Sequence record: PQ464628.1
DNA: 40,547 nucleotides
Strand: one strand, 5' to 3'
DNA from: Escherichia phage MirsaeidiM_Esher2
The translations under genes and the position numbers were made by a program. Within the stretch, counting starts at the first letter, position 1, and every line of letters begins with the position of its first letter. Shown in pieces: positions 16,113 through 25,600 of this stretch. Under the pieces are notes generated by a model, which saw only the letters and a list, made by a program, of their open reading frames with translations, was not told the DNA's origin and did no database searches.

Positions 16113-18284
16113 ATGTTTGACATTAAGAGTATCTGGGGTTCTGACATCGAGACCAACGGTCTCCTTGATACAGTCTCCCAGTTTCACTGTGGGGTCCTGA
16201 TTAACGCCGAGTCGAATGAGACCCTTAAGTACGGGGTAGCTCCGATGGTCGGTATCGTCGGTGGCTTCAAAGAGTATGTTCATAAAGTGGAAGAGATTGC
16301 CGCATCACCTGATGGTATGCTGGTATTCCATAACGGTATCAACTATGACGTCCCGGCTATAGACAAGCTGAAGCGTTTGTACTTTGGGAAACGCTTTAAC
16401 TTCCCGAAACATAAGATGATTGATACCTTGGTGCTGGGACGCTTGATGTATCCAAACATTAAGTTCTCAGACATGGGCGCAGTGAAAGCTGGTCGTCTTC
16501 CACCTAAGATGATGGGACGCCAGTCTCTTGAGGCTTGGGGCTATCGTCTCGGTGAGATGAAAGGTGAGTACAAACACGATTACGTTGCCAAGTGCAAGGC
16601 TGAAGGCATCGAATATAAGGCTGGGGACGAATGGTTGTTCCCGTCTCAGGAGATGCTGGACTATAACGTTCAAGACGTTGTGGTCACACTGGCGTTGTTC
16701 AAGAAGTTCCTGACTGACAAGTATTACTTCCAGTCTGAACAGTTCGCTTTCGAACAGATTTATGCGTTGCGTCTGGAACACGATGCTGCGTGGACCTGTG
16801 CGAAGATGGAGCGTAACGGCTATCCGATGAACACCGAGATGGTCGAAGGCTTATATCGTGAACTCACCGTCAAACGTGCGGAGCTGCTGGACAAGCTGCG
16901 TTCGACTTTCGGCAGCTGGTACGCACCAAAGGGAGGAAAGGAGTTCTTCAAGCACCCACGGACAGGCAAGGACCTTCCGAAGTATCCGAGAGTCGTGTAT
17001 CCTAAGGTCGGTGTCATCTTTAAGAAGCCGAAGAACAAAGCTCAACGCTTAGGTCTTGAACCTTGTGAACTCGATACGCGAGACACGATGGAGGGAGCAC
17101 CATTCACGCCAATCACTTACGTTGAGTTTAATCCGGGAAGCGGAGACCACTTAGCGAAAGTATTGATGGAGCGTGGCTGGGAGCCTGTGGACTTCACTGA
17201 CACAGGGAAACCTGTAGTCGATGACGAGACGTTGGAACACGTTAAGTTACCAGACGCAGAGGCTCAGGCTTGCGTAGAGCTGGTCCGTGAGTATCTGGTA
17301 GTCCAGAAGCGAATCGGTCAGGCGGCTGAAGGTAAGAACGCATGGTTGAAACTTGTAGGTCCAGACGGACGTATGCACGGTTCAATCAACCCTTGTGGAG
17401 CAGTAACCGGACGTGCGACCCATAGTTCACCAAACATGGCTCAGGTCCCGGCTAACGGTGCTCCGTATGGTGAGACTTGCCGTGGTGCTTTCGGTGCAGC
17501 GTGGAACAAGAAGGATGGCAAGCCAGACCCTTGGATTCAAGTAGGTGTGGATGCTTCAGGTCTTGAGCTTCGTTGTCTGGGGAACCGAGCGGCTCCGTTT
17601 GATGGTGGCGACTATGCGAAGACTGTGGTCGAAGGTGACATCCACTGGGCCAACGCAGTCAACGCTGGGTTAGCACCTAACGTCCCACGCGACAAGTCCA
17701 GCCACGACCACGATGCTTTCCGTAACAACGCCAAGACGTTCATCTATGCGTTTCTGTATGGTGCAGGTGCCGCTAAGATTGGACTGATTGTAGGCGGTGG
17801 TAAGAAGGAAGGCGCGGCCCTGATGAAGAAATTTATTGAGGGTACACCAGCTATCAAGGACCTGCGAGAGGCTGTCCAGAACACGCTCATCTCCGAGTCC
17901 AAGTGGGTAGATGGTGAGAACATCGTGAAGTGGAAACGCCGCTGGCTTAAAGGTCTGGACGGTCGACGCATTCACATCCGGTCTCCACACTCAGCACTTA
18001 ACGCCTTGCTTCAAGGTGATGGTGCGGTGGTCTGCAAGCACTGGATAGTCGAGACCGAGCGTATGCTCGAAGAGGCCGGGTATGTCCACGGCTGGGAAGG
18101 AGACTTCGCGTACATGGCTTGGGTCCACGATGAGCTACAGATTGCGTGTCGCACTCAGGAGATTGCCGAAGAAGTCGTCAAGATTGCTCAACTTGCTATG
18201 CGTAAGGTGGGCGAGTTCTATAACTTTAAATGTGTGTTAGACACGGAGGGTAAAATTGGACCAACGTGGAAAGAATGCCATTGA
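16113..18284 (+). CDS. 5: DNA polymerase (T7 gp5 homolog, family A)
   Basis: 723 aa; FHNGINYDVPA, AVTGRATHSSPNMAQ, NAKTFIYAFLYGAG, AYMAWVHDELQ, C-terminal GKIGPTWKECH match recalled T7 gp5. Confidence 0.97.
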   Translation: MFDIKSIWGSDIETNGLLDTVSQFHCGVLINAESNETLKYGVAPMVGIVGGFKEYVHKVEEIAASPDGMLVFHNGINYDVPAIDKLKRLYFGKRFNFPKHKMIDTLVLGRLMYPNIKFSDMGAVKAGRLPPKMMGRQSLEAWGYRLGEMKGEYKHDYVAKCKAEGIEYKAGDEWLFPSQEMLDYNVQDVVVTLALFKKFLTDKYYFQSEQFAFEQIYALRLEHDAAWTCAKMERNGYPMNTEMVEGLYRELTVKRAELLDKLRSTFGSWYAPKGGKEFFKHPRTGKDLPKYPRVVYPKVGVIFKKPKNKAQRLGLEPCELDTRDTMEGAPFTPITYVEFNPGSGDHLAKVLMERGWEPVDFTDTGKPVVDDETLEHVKLPDAEAQACVELVREYLVVQKRIGQAAEGKNAWLKLVGPDGRMHGSINPCGAVTGRATHSSPNMAQVPANGAPYGETCRGAFGAAWNKKDGKPDPWIQVGVDASGLELRCLGNRAAPFDGGDYAKTVVEGDIHWANAVNAGLAPNVPRDKSSHDHDAFRNNAKTFIYAFLYGAGAAKIGLIVGGGKKEGAALMKKFIEGTPAIKDLREAVQNTLISESKWVDGENIVKWKRRWLKGLDGRRIHIRSPHSALNALLQGDGAVVCKHWIVETERMLEEAGYVHGWEGDFAYMAWVHDELQIACRTQEIAEEVVKIAQLAMRKVGEFYNFKCVLDTEGKIGPTWKECH

Positions 18285-18654
18285 CGGAAAGTCCCTGCAT
18301 TTTACAGGCGCTGCGAGCGAGCTGTATGCAAGTTACCGACTGACATCTATTGGACACCAAGTCTTCCTACCAGCGTTCACCCAGTCCAAAGCGGACTTAG
18401 TGGTGGATATTAACGGGACCCTTAAGAGGGTTCAGGTGAAGACTGGGACCAAGCTGAAGAACTGCAATAGCATTCAGGTCCGACTCGGTGGGTGCGGAAA
18501 GCCCACCTACAGCCCGGGAGAGATTGACCTACTGGCTGTGGTCTATCAGGATAACTTCTGGCTGATTCCGTTCGTGGAAGAAGTGAGGCTTAAAACCTCC
18601 ATGTGTATAAACCTAACGTCCGACAAGAAGTACGGACACTTTAAACAGGAGTAA
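18256..18654 (+). CDS. hypothetical protein (132 aa), possible PD-(D/E)xK-like nuclease fold
   Basis: TTG start with GGAGGG 5 nt upstream, overlapping the end of gene 5; contains D-x(n)-QVK arrangement (ADLVVDINGTLKRVQVK); function is inference only. Confidence 0.5.
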   Translation: MDQRGKNAIDGKSLHFTGAASELYASYRLTSIGHQVFLPAFTQSKADLVVDINGTLKRVQVKTGTKLKNCNSIQVRLGGCGKPTYSPGEIDLLAVVYQDNFWLIPFVEEVRLKTSMCINLTSDKKYGHFKQE

Positions 18655-18659
18655 CCACA

Positions 18660-18950
18660 ATGGCTATGACCAAACGTATGCGAGTATCGTTCTCGATGGG
18701 TGCTGTACTGTCTACTGGAGACGTTGAGCACATCAAGAAGTCTCTCTGTGATTTGAGCCGTAAGGTTCTCAATGGTGAGAAGACCACTGGCTTCGAGCGT
18801 AAGATGGTCGAGGTAGGCGTTACAGAGGGTCTGGAAGCTGTGGTAGAGCTTGTCTTTGAGAAAGGCATTGTTGATGGCCTGAAAGAAGACCTGAGTCGTT
18901 ACGTTGACCAGCCCAGCTTCGGAGGCTTCCGAGTGGAGTTCAAACGATGA
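18660..18950 (+). CDS. 5.5: gp5.5-like protein
   Basis: 96 aa; N-terminus MAMTKR..VSF resembles recalled T7 gp5.5; SD AGGAG. Confidence 0.65.
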   Translation: MAMTKRMRVSFSMGAVLSTGDVEHIKKSLCDLSRKVLNGEKTTGFERKMVEVGVTEGLEAVVELVFEKGIVDGLKEDLSRYVDQPSFGGFRVEFKR

Positions 18951-19156
18951 GTGAATACTTACGGGTCCTAGCGGCCCTTAAGTCCTGCCCGAAGACCTTT
19001 CAGTCCAACTATGTGCGCAACAATGCAGCACTGGTGGCTGAGGCTGCGAGTCGTGGACATCTAAGCTGCCTGTCTATGGACGGGCGTAACAACGGTGCGT
19101 GGGAGATTACCGCCGAAGGCGTTAAGTTCCTGAACCAACACGGAGGCTGTCTATGA
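18947..19156 (+). CDS. 5.7: gp5.7-like protein
   Basis: 69 aa; LKSCPKTFQSNYVRNNAALVAEAASRGH..GAWEIT matches recalled T7 gp5.7; start overlaps previous stop. Confidence 0.75.
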   Translation: MSEYLRVLAALKSCPKTFQSNYVRNNAALVAEAASRGHLSCLSMDGRNNGAWEITAEGVKFLNQHGGCL

Positions 19157-19602
19157 AGATACCTGAAAGTCTGAAAGAGCTGGTCCTTGAAATGGGTGAG
19201 TGCGAGATGACGCACCGTAAGTATGCTGAGTTCTACGCATCTTGGTCTTACACCCTGACCGAGAAGGACGTTGAGTCCTACACCGAGTCTCCTTCTGAGG
19301 CTTATGAGTGGAGTCCGTTCATCGGACTGACCATCGTAGCTAGCGGTATGTGGGATGACAGCTACGGCTCAGAGGTAAACGACTGGGACGTGTACCGCCA
19401 AGTTGAGAAGGAGACCGAAATGTCGTCCAACTTCTGGAGCCTGATGTCCCACCTCAACTCAGATGACAACGACATGGCCCATGAGTTCGCCAACAAATGG
19501 CTGAAGCCTGAGGTGACTCTGGAACGTATTGAGGAGCCTAAAGTTCCCTTGATGCCATATGCAGTCGCTATGGCTACAGGAGGTCTGGACGATGGGTGCT
19601 GA
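19153..19602 (+). CDS. hypothetical highly acidic protein (149 aa) at the gp5.9 position
   Basis: SD GGAGG 6 nt upstream; strongly acidic composition; lies between gene 5.7 and the exonuclease gene. Confidence 0.6.
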   Translation: MKIPESLKELVLEMGECEMTHRKYAEFYASWSYTLTEKDVESYTESPSEAYEWSPFIGLTIVASGMWDDSYGSEVNDWDVYRQVEKETEMSSNFWSLMSHLNSDDNDMAHEFANKWLKPEVTLERIEEPKVPLMPYAVAMATGGLDDGC

Positions 19603-20461
19603 GAAGAAGATAGCTCTTGTTCTTGATGGCGATTACCTAGTATTCTCTTCTATGGCTGCTGCCGAGGAAGAGACAGACTGGGGTGATGACATCTGGACCC
19701 TTATCTGCGACCACGAGAAGGCTCGCCGTATCCTTGAGAACACCATCGCTGAAATCGTTAAGAAGCGCAAGGCGTGGAAAGACGCTAAGATTGTGATGTG
19801 CTTTACTGATGATAACAACTGGCGTAAGGACGTTTTGCCTACCTATAAGGCTAACCGTAAGGGTTCTCGCAAGCCTGTAGGTTACAAGAAGTTCGTAGCC
19901 GAAGTGATGGCTGACCCACGGTTCAACAGCTTCCTGCGTCCAACGCTTGAGGGTGACGATTGTATGGGTATCATCGGGACCAGACCTCAGATTGTCGGAT
20001 GCGACCATGCGGTGCTGGTGTCCTGCGATAAGGACTTCAAGACCATCCCGAACTGTGAGTTCTTCTGGTTAACCACTGGTGAAATCCTGAGTCATACGAC
20101 TTCCGAGGCAGACTACTGGCACATGGAGCAGACCATCAAGGGTGACACTACAGATGGCTATGGCGGTATTCCGGGGATGGGTGAGGACACCACTCGTGCA
20201 TTCCTTGACAAACCGTATTACTTCGTGCAGGAGAGCCGCGAGCTTAAGACTGGCAAGAACAAAGGCCAGATTAAGACTGAGTGGAAGAAGTATCCGAAGC
20301 GTGAAGACATGACGCTGTGGGACTGCATGGTTACACTGGCTGCTAAGGCTGGCATGACCGAGGAGGAACTTCTGGTCCAAGCTCAGGTCGCTCGTATTTG
20401 TCGAGCATCTGACTATGACCCTAAGTCCAAGGAGGTCATCCTATGGACACCATCCATGTAA
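19592..20461 (+). CDS. 6: 5'-3' exonuclease (T7 gp6 homolog)
   Basis: LVLDGDYLVF, VLVSCDKDFKTIPNC, WHMEQTIKGDTTDGYGGIPG, TLWDC as recalled for T7 gp6; start set at ATG 19592 (AGGAGG upstream); ORF track starts at 19559. Confidence 0.93.
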   Translation: MGAEKKIALVLDGDYLVFSSMAAAEEETDWGDDIWTLICDHEKARRILENTIAEIVKKRKAWKDAKIVMCFTDDNNWRKDVLPTYKANRKGSRKPVGYKKFVAEVMADPRFNSFLRPTLEGDDCMGIIGTRPQIVGCDHAVLVSCDKDFKTIPNCEFFWLTTGEILSHTTSEADYWHMEQTIKGDTTDGYGGIPGMGEDTTRAFLDKPYYFVQESRELKTGKNKGQIKTEWKKYPKREDMTLWDCMVTLAAKAGMTEEELLVQAQVARICRASDYDPKSKEVILWTPSM

Positions 20462-20535
20462 TTTACTGGGTCGGACTTCTTGCCCTTTACTGCATGTACA
20501 AGTGGTTCGGGTCGAACAACCGCCCTAAACACTGA
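20443..20535 (+). CDS. hypothetical 30-aa hydrophobic peptide (gp6.3 position)
   Basis: SD AAGGAGG 7 nt upstream of ATG; overlaps the 3' end of gene 6 in another frame. Confidence 0.4.
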   Translation: MDTIHVIYWVGLLALYCMYKWFGSNNRPKH

Positions 20536-20587
20536 GTCTAGCCGATAGTCATATCCTATCAATCCAACAGTCATCCATAGGTGAAAT

Positions 20588-20610
20588 ACTAAACTATCAC
20601 TATAGGGACT
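20588..20610 (+). promoter_or_regulatory. phage-RNAP promoter (ACTAAACTATCACTATAGGGACT)
   Basis: Consensus; upstream of gene 6.5-like ORF. Confidence 0.8.
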
Positions 20611-20671
20611 TTAGGACCTAAGATATGACTATAAGATAGACTTTAGTCTTAACTTAAAGAGGAGATTCAAG

Positions 20672-20944
20672 ATGGCTATTAATGCTATTGAAAACGTTGT
20701 TAAGCAGTTACAGGAAGAAAGACTTGATGTCCCGAACATCTCCCAGTCTGCCATCCAGTTCCTGCACGTACTGTTCAACGCAAGCTACGCTGAGAAGATG
20801 GGAGCTATCAGTCTCCTCAAGCAGCAGGGCTACAGCGATGCGTTCATTGCTGGGTTCATCAAGGGTCTCCAGTATTGTTCTGACACTCTCGACTCTGCGA
20901 TTGCTATGCGTCGTGAGCTGAAAGATACCGTTCAGTTCGATTAA
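20672..20944 (+). CDS. hypothetical protein (gp6.5 position)
   Basis: 90 aa; SD GAGGAG; assigned by position after the promoter. Confidence 0.6.
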   Translation: MAINAIENVVKQLQEERLDVPNISQSAIQFLHVLFNASYAEKMGAISLLKQQGYSDAFIAGFIKGLQYCSDTLDSAIAMRRELKDTVQFD

Positions 20945-20958
20945 CTGTAGGAGGGACT

Positions 20959-21183
20959 ATGTGTTTCAGTCCAAAGATTAGCACTCCGAAGCCTTCGGTC
21001 CAAGCACCTGAACCAGCACCTCTGAGTGAGGAAGTTGCGTCAGTTGACATCGGGGCTGAATCGGATGTTGACACCAACGAGACCAAAGGTATCAAGGACC
21101 TGAAGGTCAAGAAGGAGTCTGCACCTAAAGATAAATCGTCAGTTAGCCGCGCCATGCGAGCCTCTGGCGTCAACATGGGGTAA
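20959..21183 (+). CDS. 6.7: gp6.7-like virion protein
   Basis: 74 aa; N-terminus MCFSPKI.TPK as recalled for T7 gp6.7; SD AGGAGGG. Confidence 0.75.
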   Translation: MCFSPKISTPKPSVQAPEPAPLSEEVASVDIGAESDVDTNETKGIKDLKVKKESAPKDKSSVSRAMRASGVNMG

Positions 21184-21187
21184 GACA

Positions 21188-21610
21188 ATGCTACCATATC
21201 TCAACTCACGCGAAGGTCGCCACATGTGCGCTTGTCGCCTCTGGGAAGACGGGCAGTCTAACTTCAAGTCATTTGAGGACTTCAAAGCTCATACTTACCG
21301 TATGGCTGACGAGTTCGATGGTGAAGAGTACACAATCTACGATGTCTCAGGTCAACCAGTAGCGTATCTCTACATGCTGGCTACCGCATCTTGGCACCGA
21401 CCGACTCCCGGTCTTGACCTTTCAATAGTCGCTATTCGTCGTGACTCGCAGTCCTCCCGCAAGGTTCTTGAGACTGTCAGACACATCATAGACGAAGAGT
21501 GCAAGCGTTGGGGTCTTGGCTGGTATTCTCGTGTCAAGCATGTTTCCGGGTCGGTAGACATCGTAACAACCAAGTGCGTTAGCACGAACAAGGAGATTAA
21601 CCGTGGGTAA
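21188..21610 (+). CDS. gp7-like protein (by position)
   Basis: 140 aa; follows gp6.7 and precedes gp7.3 as in T7; no sequence motif verified. Confidence 0.55.
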   Translation: MLPYLNSREGRHMCACRLWEDGQSNFKSFEDFKAHTYRMADEFDGEEYTIYDVSGQPVAYLYMLATASWHRPTPGLDLSIVAIRRDSQSSRKVLETVRHIIDEECKRWGLGWYSRVKHVSGSVDIVTTKCVSTNKEINRG

Positions 21611-21851
21611 ATCAATCAGTAAGGCTTTCAAGAAAGTGGTGAAAAGTACGTTAGGGACAGTGGGTCTTGGCTCTGACGATGCACCTAAGGTTGTTGCGGC
21701 TCAGACCCCAGCAGCGCCAGTGGAAGTACCGAACGATAAAGTGGAAGATGTGGATACCGAAGCAACAGCATCTGACGAGAAGAAAGTGAAGCGTTCCGGT
21801 AAGCGTAGCCTTCAGGTCTCTCGTACCTCTGGTGGCGGTATTTCTATTTAA
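21603..21851 (+). CDS. 7.3: gp7.3-like tail-associated protein
   Basis: 82 aa; GTG start with AGGAG 7 nt upstream; basic N-terminus and C-terminal SGGGISI resemble recalled T7 gp7.3. Confidence 0.7.
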   Translation: MGKSISKAFKKVVKSTLGTVGLGSDDAPKVVAAQTPAAPVEVPNDKVEDVDTEATASDEKKVKRSGKRSLQVSRTSGGGISI

Positions 21852-21862
21852 GGAGGTGACGA

Positions 21863-23431
21863 ATGGCTGAACGTGAAGGGTTCGCTGCTGAAGGAGCCAA
21901 AGCGGTCTATGACCGACTGAAGAACGGTAGACAGCCATATGAGACACGCGCTCAGAACTGTGCTGCTGTCACTATCCCGTCACTGTTTCCTAAGGAGTCC
22001 GACAACTCGTCTACTGAGTACACCACTCCGTGGCAAGCTGTGGGTGCTCGCTGCTTGAACAACTTGGCTGCAAAGCTGATGTTGGCATTATTCCCTCAGT
22101 CACCGTGGATGCGACTGACAGTCTCCGAATATGAGGCAAAGACCTTGAGTCAGGACTCAGAGGCGGCTGCTCGTGTTGATGAAGGGCTGGCTATGGTCGA
22201 GCGTGTGTTGATGGCTTACATGGAGACTAACAGTTTCCGTGTCCCATTATTCGAGGCGCTGAAGCAGCTTATCGTCTCAGGTAACTGCCTGCTCTACATC
22301 CCTCCTCCAGAACAAGGAACCTACAGTCCTATGCGAATGTACCGCTTAGTGTCCTACGTTGTTCAACGTGATGCTTTCGGTAACATCTTACAGATTGTGA
22401 CTCTCGACAAGGTAGCGTTTAGTGCTCTACCGGAAGACGTGAAGTCTCAACTCAACGCAGACGACTATGAGCCTGACACCGAGCTTGAAGTGTATACGCA
22501 CATCTACCGTCAGGACGACGAGTATCTGCGCTACGAGGAAGTGGAAGGCATTGAGGTGACAGGGACCGATGGTTCCTACCCGCTGACTGCATGTCCATAC
22601 ATCCCGGTACGAATGGTTCGACTGGATGGTGAAGACTACGGTCGTTCTTACTGCGAGGAGTATCTGGGAGACCTGAACTCGCTGGAGACGATTACAGAAG
22701 CTATCACTAAAATGGCTAAGGTAGCCTCTAAGGTGATTGGCCTCGTTAACCCGAACGGTATCACGCAACCTAGACGTCTGAACAAGGCGGCTACAGGTGA
22801 GTTCGTGGCTGGTCGCGTTGAGGACATCAACTTCCTGCAACTGACGAAAGGTCAGGACTTTACGATTGCCAAGTCGGTGGCTGATGCTATCGAGCAACGT
22901 TTAGGCTGGGCCTTCCTTCTTAATAGTGCTGTTCAGCGTAATGCCGAGCGAGTCACTGCTGAAGAGATTCGTTATGTTGCTGGCGAACTGGAGGCGACCT
23001 TAGGTGGCGTGTACTCAGTACAATCCCAAGAGCTTCAGTTACCTATCGTCCGTGTGCTGATGAACCAACTTCAGTCTGCTGGCATGATTCCTGACCTTCC
23101 GAAAGAAGCGGTAGAGCCTACTGTCTCCACTGGTCTGGAAGCGTTAGGTCGTGGTCAGGACTTGGAGAAGCTAACTCAGGCGGTTAACATGATGACTGGT
23201 CTTCAGCCGCTATCTCAGGACCCGGACATCAACTTGCCGACCCTTAAGCTACGACTCCTGAACGCTCTGGGTATCGACACCGCTGGCCTACTCCTGACGC
23301 AAGACGAGAAGATTCAGCGCATGGCTGAGCAGTCGTCTCAACAGGCAGTTGTCCAAGGTGCTAGTGCTGCTGGTGCTAACATGGGTGCTGCTGTAGGTCA
23401 GGGAGCTGGTGAGGACATGGCTCAAGCCTAA
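21863..23431 (+). CDS. 8: head-to-tail connector / portal protein (T7 gp8 homolog)
   Basis: 522 aa; SD AAGGAGG; size and position as T7 gp8; stop TAA lies inside the next promoter. Confidence 0.95.
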   Translation: MAEREGFAAEGAKAVYDRLKNGRQPYETRAQNCAAVTIPSLFPKESDNSSTEYTTPWQAVGARCLNNLAAKLMLALFPQSPWMRLTVSEYEAKTLSQDSEAAARVDEGLAMVERVLMAYMETNSFRVPLFEALKQLIVSGNCLLYIPPPEQGTYSPMRMYRLVSYVVQRDAFGNILQIVTLDKVAFSALPEDVKSQLNADDYEPDTELEVYTHIYRQDDEYLRYEEVEGIEVTGTDGSYPLTACPYIPVRMVRLDGEDYGRSYCEEYLGDLNSLETITEAITKMAKVASKVIGLVNPNGITQPRRLNKAATGEFVAGRVEDINFLQLTKGQDFTIAKSVADAIEQRLGWAFLLNSAVQRNAERVTAEEIRYVAGELEATLGGVYSVQSQELQLPIVRVLMNQLQSAGMIPDLPKEAVEPTVSTGLEALGRGQDLEKLTQAVNMMTGLQPLSQDPDINLPTLKLRLLNALGIDTAGLLLTQDEKIQRMAEQSSQQAVVQGASAAGANMGAAVGQGAGEDMAQA

Positions 23432-23449
23432 ACTATCACTATAGGAACA
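23427..23449 (+). promoter_or_regulatory. phage-RNAP promoter (CCTAAACTATCACTATAGGAACA)
   Basis: Consensus; upstream of scaffold gene. Confidence 0.8.
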
Positions 23450-23539
23450 ACACAACTTGAGTGAGTGAACGCATAGCCAGCCGTAACGGGAGGGCAGGTT
23501 GTTGTGTTTCCTATTAACGACTTAAAGGAGAACGACTTA

Positions 23540-24424
23540 ATGTCTCAATCAGTTTATGCCGAGTTCGGCGTTAGCTCTAATGCAATCACTGGTTCCGTTG
23601 AGGACCTGAACGAACACCAGAAGTCTATGCTTGAACAGGACGTAGCTGTTCGTGATGGCGATGACGCTATTACCTTCAAGCAACTGGAAGCCGAAAACGA
23701 AGAGGCGACCGAAGAAGACGAGAACGTCGAAGAGACTGAGGGTGCTGAAGACAACGAGTCCGATGACGAAGAGTCTGAGACCGATGGTGAGCAGCCTGAG
23801 TTCATCGAACTAGGTGATGCACCGAAAGAGCTGACTGAAAGTGTCACCGCTCTGGATGAAAACGAAGCTGCATTTGACGACATGGTGTCTTCTGCTGTAG
23901 AAGCTGGCAAGGTCACTGCTGATGAAATTACCGCTATCAAGGCTGAATACGCCAAGGACGGTAAGCTGTCTGACGCATCCTACGCTAAGTTGCAGGAAGC
24001 AGGTTACACCAAGCGTTTCGTAGATTCGTTTGTCCGTGGTCAGGAAGCTCTTGCTGAACAGTATGCTGCTGGTGTGGTTCGCTACGCTGGTGGTGCTGAA
24101 CAGTTTAATCGCATCCTGTCACACCTTGAGTCAAACGACCCGTCAACTCGTGAAGCGCTTGAAGCTGCTATCGTTCGTAAGGACATTGCGACTACCAAAG
24201 CTCTGCTGAATCTGGCTGGCAAGACACTTGGCAAAGCTGTAGGCGTTAAACCTCAGCGTACCATCACCACTCAGGCTAAACCTGTGGTCGCACCTAAGGC
24301 TCCTCAGACCGAAGCATTCAGCTCCAAGGCTGACATGATTAAGGCCATGAGTGACCCGCGATACCTGCGTGACGCTAAGTACACGATGGAAGTTCGCGCT
24401 AAGGTAGCTGCCTCAAGCCTGTAG
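23540..24424 (+). CDS. 9: capsid assembly scaffolding protein (T7 gp9 homolog)
   Basis: Acidic; MSQSVYAEFGV.., SYAKL.EAGYTK.F.DS..RGQEAL.EQY, C-terminal KAMSDPRY match recalled T7 gp9; first ATG with SD AAGGAG (track start 23504 is a GTG). Confidence 0.93.
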   Translation: MSQSVYAEFGVSSNAITGSVEDLNEHQKSMLEQDVAVRDGDDAITFKQLEAENEEATEEDENVEETEGAEDNESDDEESETDGEQPEFIELGDAPKELTESVTALDENEAAFDDMVSSAVEAGKVTADEITAIKAEYAKDGKLSDASYAKLQEAGYTKRFVDSFVRGQEALAEQYAAGVVRYAGGAEQFNRILSHLESNDPSTREALEAAIVRKDIATTKALLNLAGKTLGKAVGVKPQRTITTQAKPVVAPKAPQTEAFSSKADMIKAMSDPRYLRDAKYTMEVRAKVAASSL

Positions 24425-24425
24425 G

Positions 24426-24448
24426 ACTAAACTATCACTATAGGGAGA
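24426..24448 (+). promoter_or_regulatory. phage-RNAP promoter, best consensus (ACTAAACTATCACTATAGGGAGA)
   Basis: +1..+6 GGGAGA; transcript 5' end can form an 8-bp stem; upstream of the major capsid gene. Confidence 0.85.
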
Positions 24449-24550
24449 CCAAGAGACAGACTCAAGGTTTCCCTATTACTTCAGTCCATACGGATTGGGC
24501 GCACAGTAAGTAATATACTTTATCTTTCAATTGAATAGGAGAATTATCAT

Positions 24551-25600
24551 ATGGCAAAAGTTCCGGGTCAGAAAGTTGGTACAGACCAAGGTAAAGGCAA
24601 CTCTGGTTCCGACGCTCTTGCGTTGTTCCTGAAGGTCTTTGCTGGCGAAGTCCTGACCGCATTCACTCGCCGCTCTGTAACTGCTGACAAGCATATTGTC
24701 CGTACCATTCAGAACGGTAAGTCTGCTCAGTTCCCGGTCATGGGTCGCACCTCTGGTGTGTATCTGGCTCCGGGTGAGCGACTGTCCGATAAGCGTAAAG
24801 GTATCAAACATACCGAGAAAGTGATTACCATTGATGGTCTGCTGACTGCCGATGTGATGATTTTCGACATTGAAGACGCGATGAACCACTATGACGTGGC
24901 TGGCGAGTACTCCAACCAGTTGGGCGAAGCTCTGGCTATCGCTGCCGATGGTGCGGTACTGGCTGAGATGGCTATTCTGTGTAACCTACCGGCTGCATCT
25001 GATGAAAACATAGCTGGTCTTGGCAAAGCGTCCGTACTTGAAGTTGGTACTAAAGCCGACCTGAACACTCCGGCTAAGCTGGGTGAAGCAATCATCGGTC
25101 AACTGACCATTGCTCGTGCGAAGCTGACCTCCAACTACGTTCCTGCTGGCGACCGTTACTTCTACACCACGCCGGACAACTACTCTGCAATCCTCGCGGC
25201 TCTGATGCCTAACGCTGCTAACTATGCTGCTCTGATTGACCCAGAGACTGGTAACATCCGTAACGTGATGGGCTTCGTTGTTGTTGAAGTCCCACATCTG
25301 GTACAGGGTGGCGCTGGTGAGACTCGTGGTGACGATGGCATCTCTATCGCTTCCGGTCAGAAACACGCATTCCCGGCAACTGCTACTGGCGACGTTAAAG
25401 TTGCTATGGACAACGTTGTGGGTCTGTTCTCTCACCGTTCTGCTGTGGGTACTGTGAAGCTGCGTGACTTGGCGCTGGAACGTGACCGTGACGTCGATGC
25501 TCAGGGCGACCTGATTGTTGGTAAGTACGCTATGGGTCACGGCGGCCTGCGTCCAGAAGCGGCAGGCGCACTGGTTTTCACAGCGGCGCTGGGGGGTTAA
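24551..25600 (+). CDS. 10: major capsid protein 10A (T7 gp10 homolog)
   Basis: 349 aa; LALFLKVFAGEVLTAF, KHTEKVITIDGLLTADV, AILAALMPNAANYAALIDPE, HRSAVGTVKLRDLALER, AMGHGGLRPEAAGA match recalled T7 gp10A. Confidence 0.97.
   Translation: MAKVPGQKVGTDQGKGNSGSDALALFLKVFAGEVLTAFTRRSVTADKHIVRTIQNGKSAQFPVMGRTSGVYLAPGERLSDKRKGIKHTEKVITIDGLLTADVMIFDIEDAMNHYDVAGEYSNQLGEALAIAADGAVLAEMAILCNLPAASDENIAGLGKASVLEVGTKADLNTPAKLGEAIIGQLTIARAKLTSNYVPAGDRYFYTTPDNYSAILAALMPNAANYAALIDPETGNIRNVMGFVVVEVPHLVQGGAGETRGDDGISIASGQKHAFPATATGDVKVAMDNVVGLFSHRSAVGTVKLRDLALERDRDVDAQGDLIVGKYAMGHGGLRPEAAGALVFTAALGG
25573..25579 (+). promoter_or_regulatory. candidate -1 ribosomal frameshift heptamer G GTT TTC
   Basis: Same heptamer and same position (last ~8 codons of 10A) as recalled for the T7 10A/10B frameshift. 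Confidence 0.55.
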
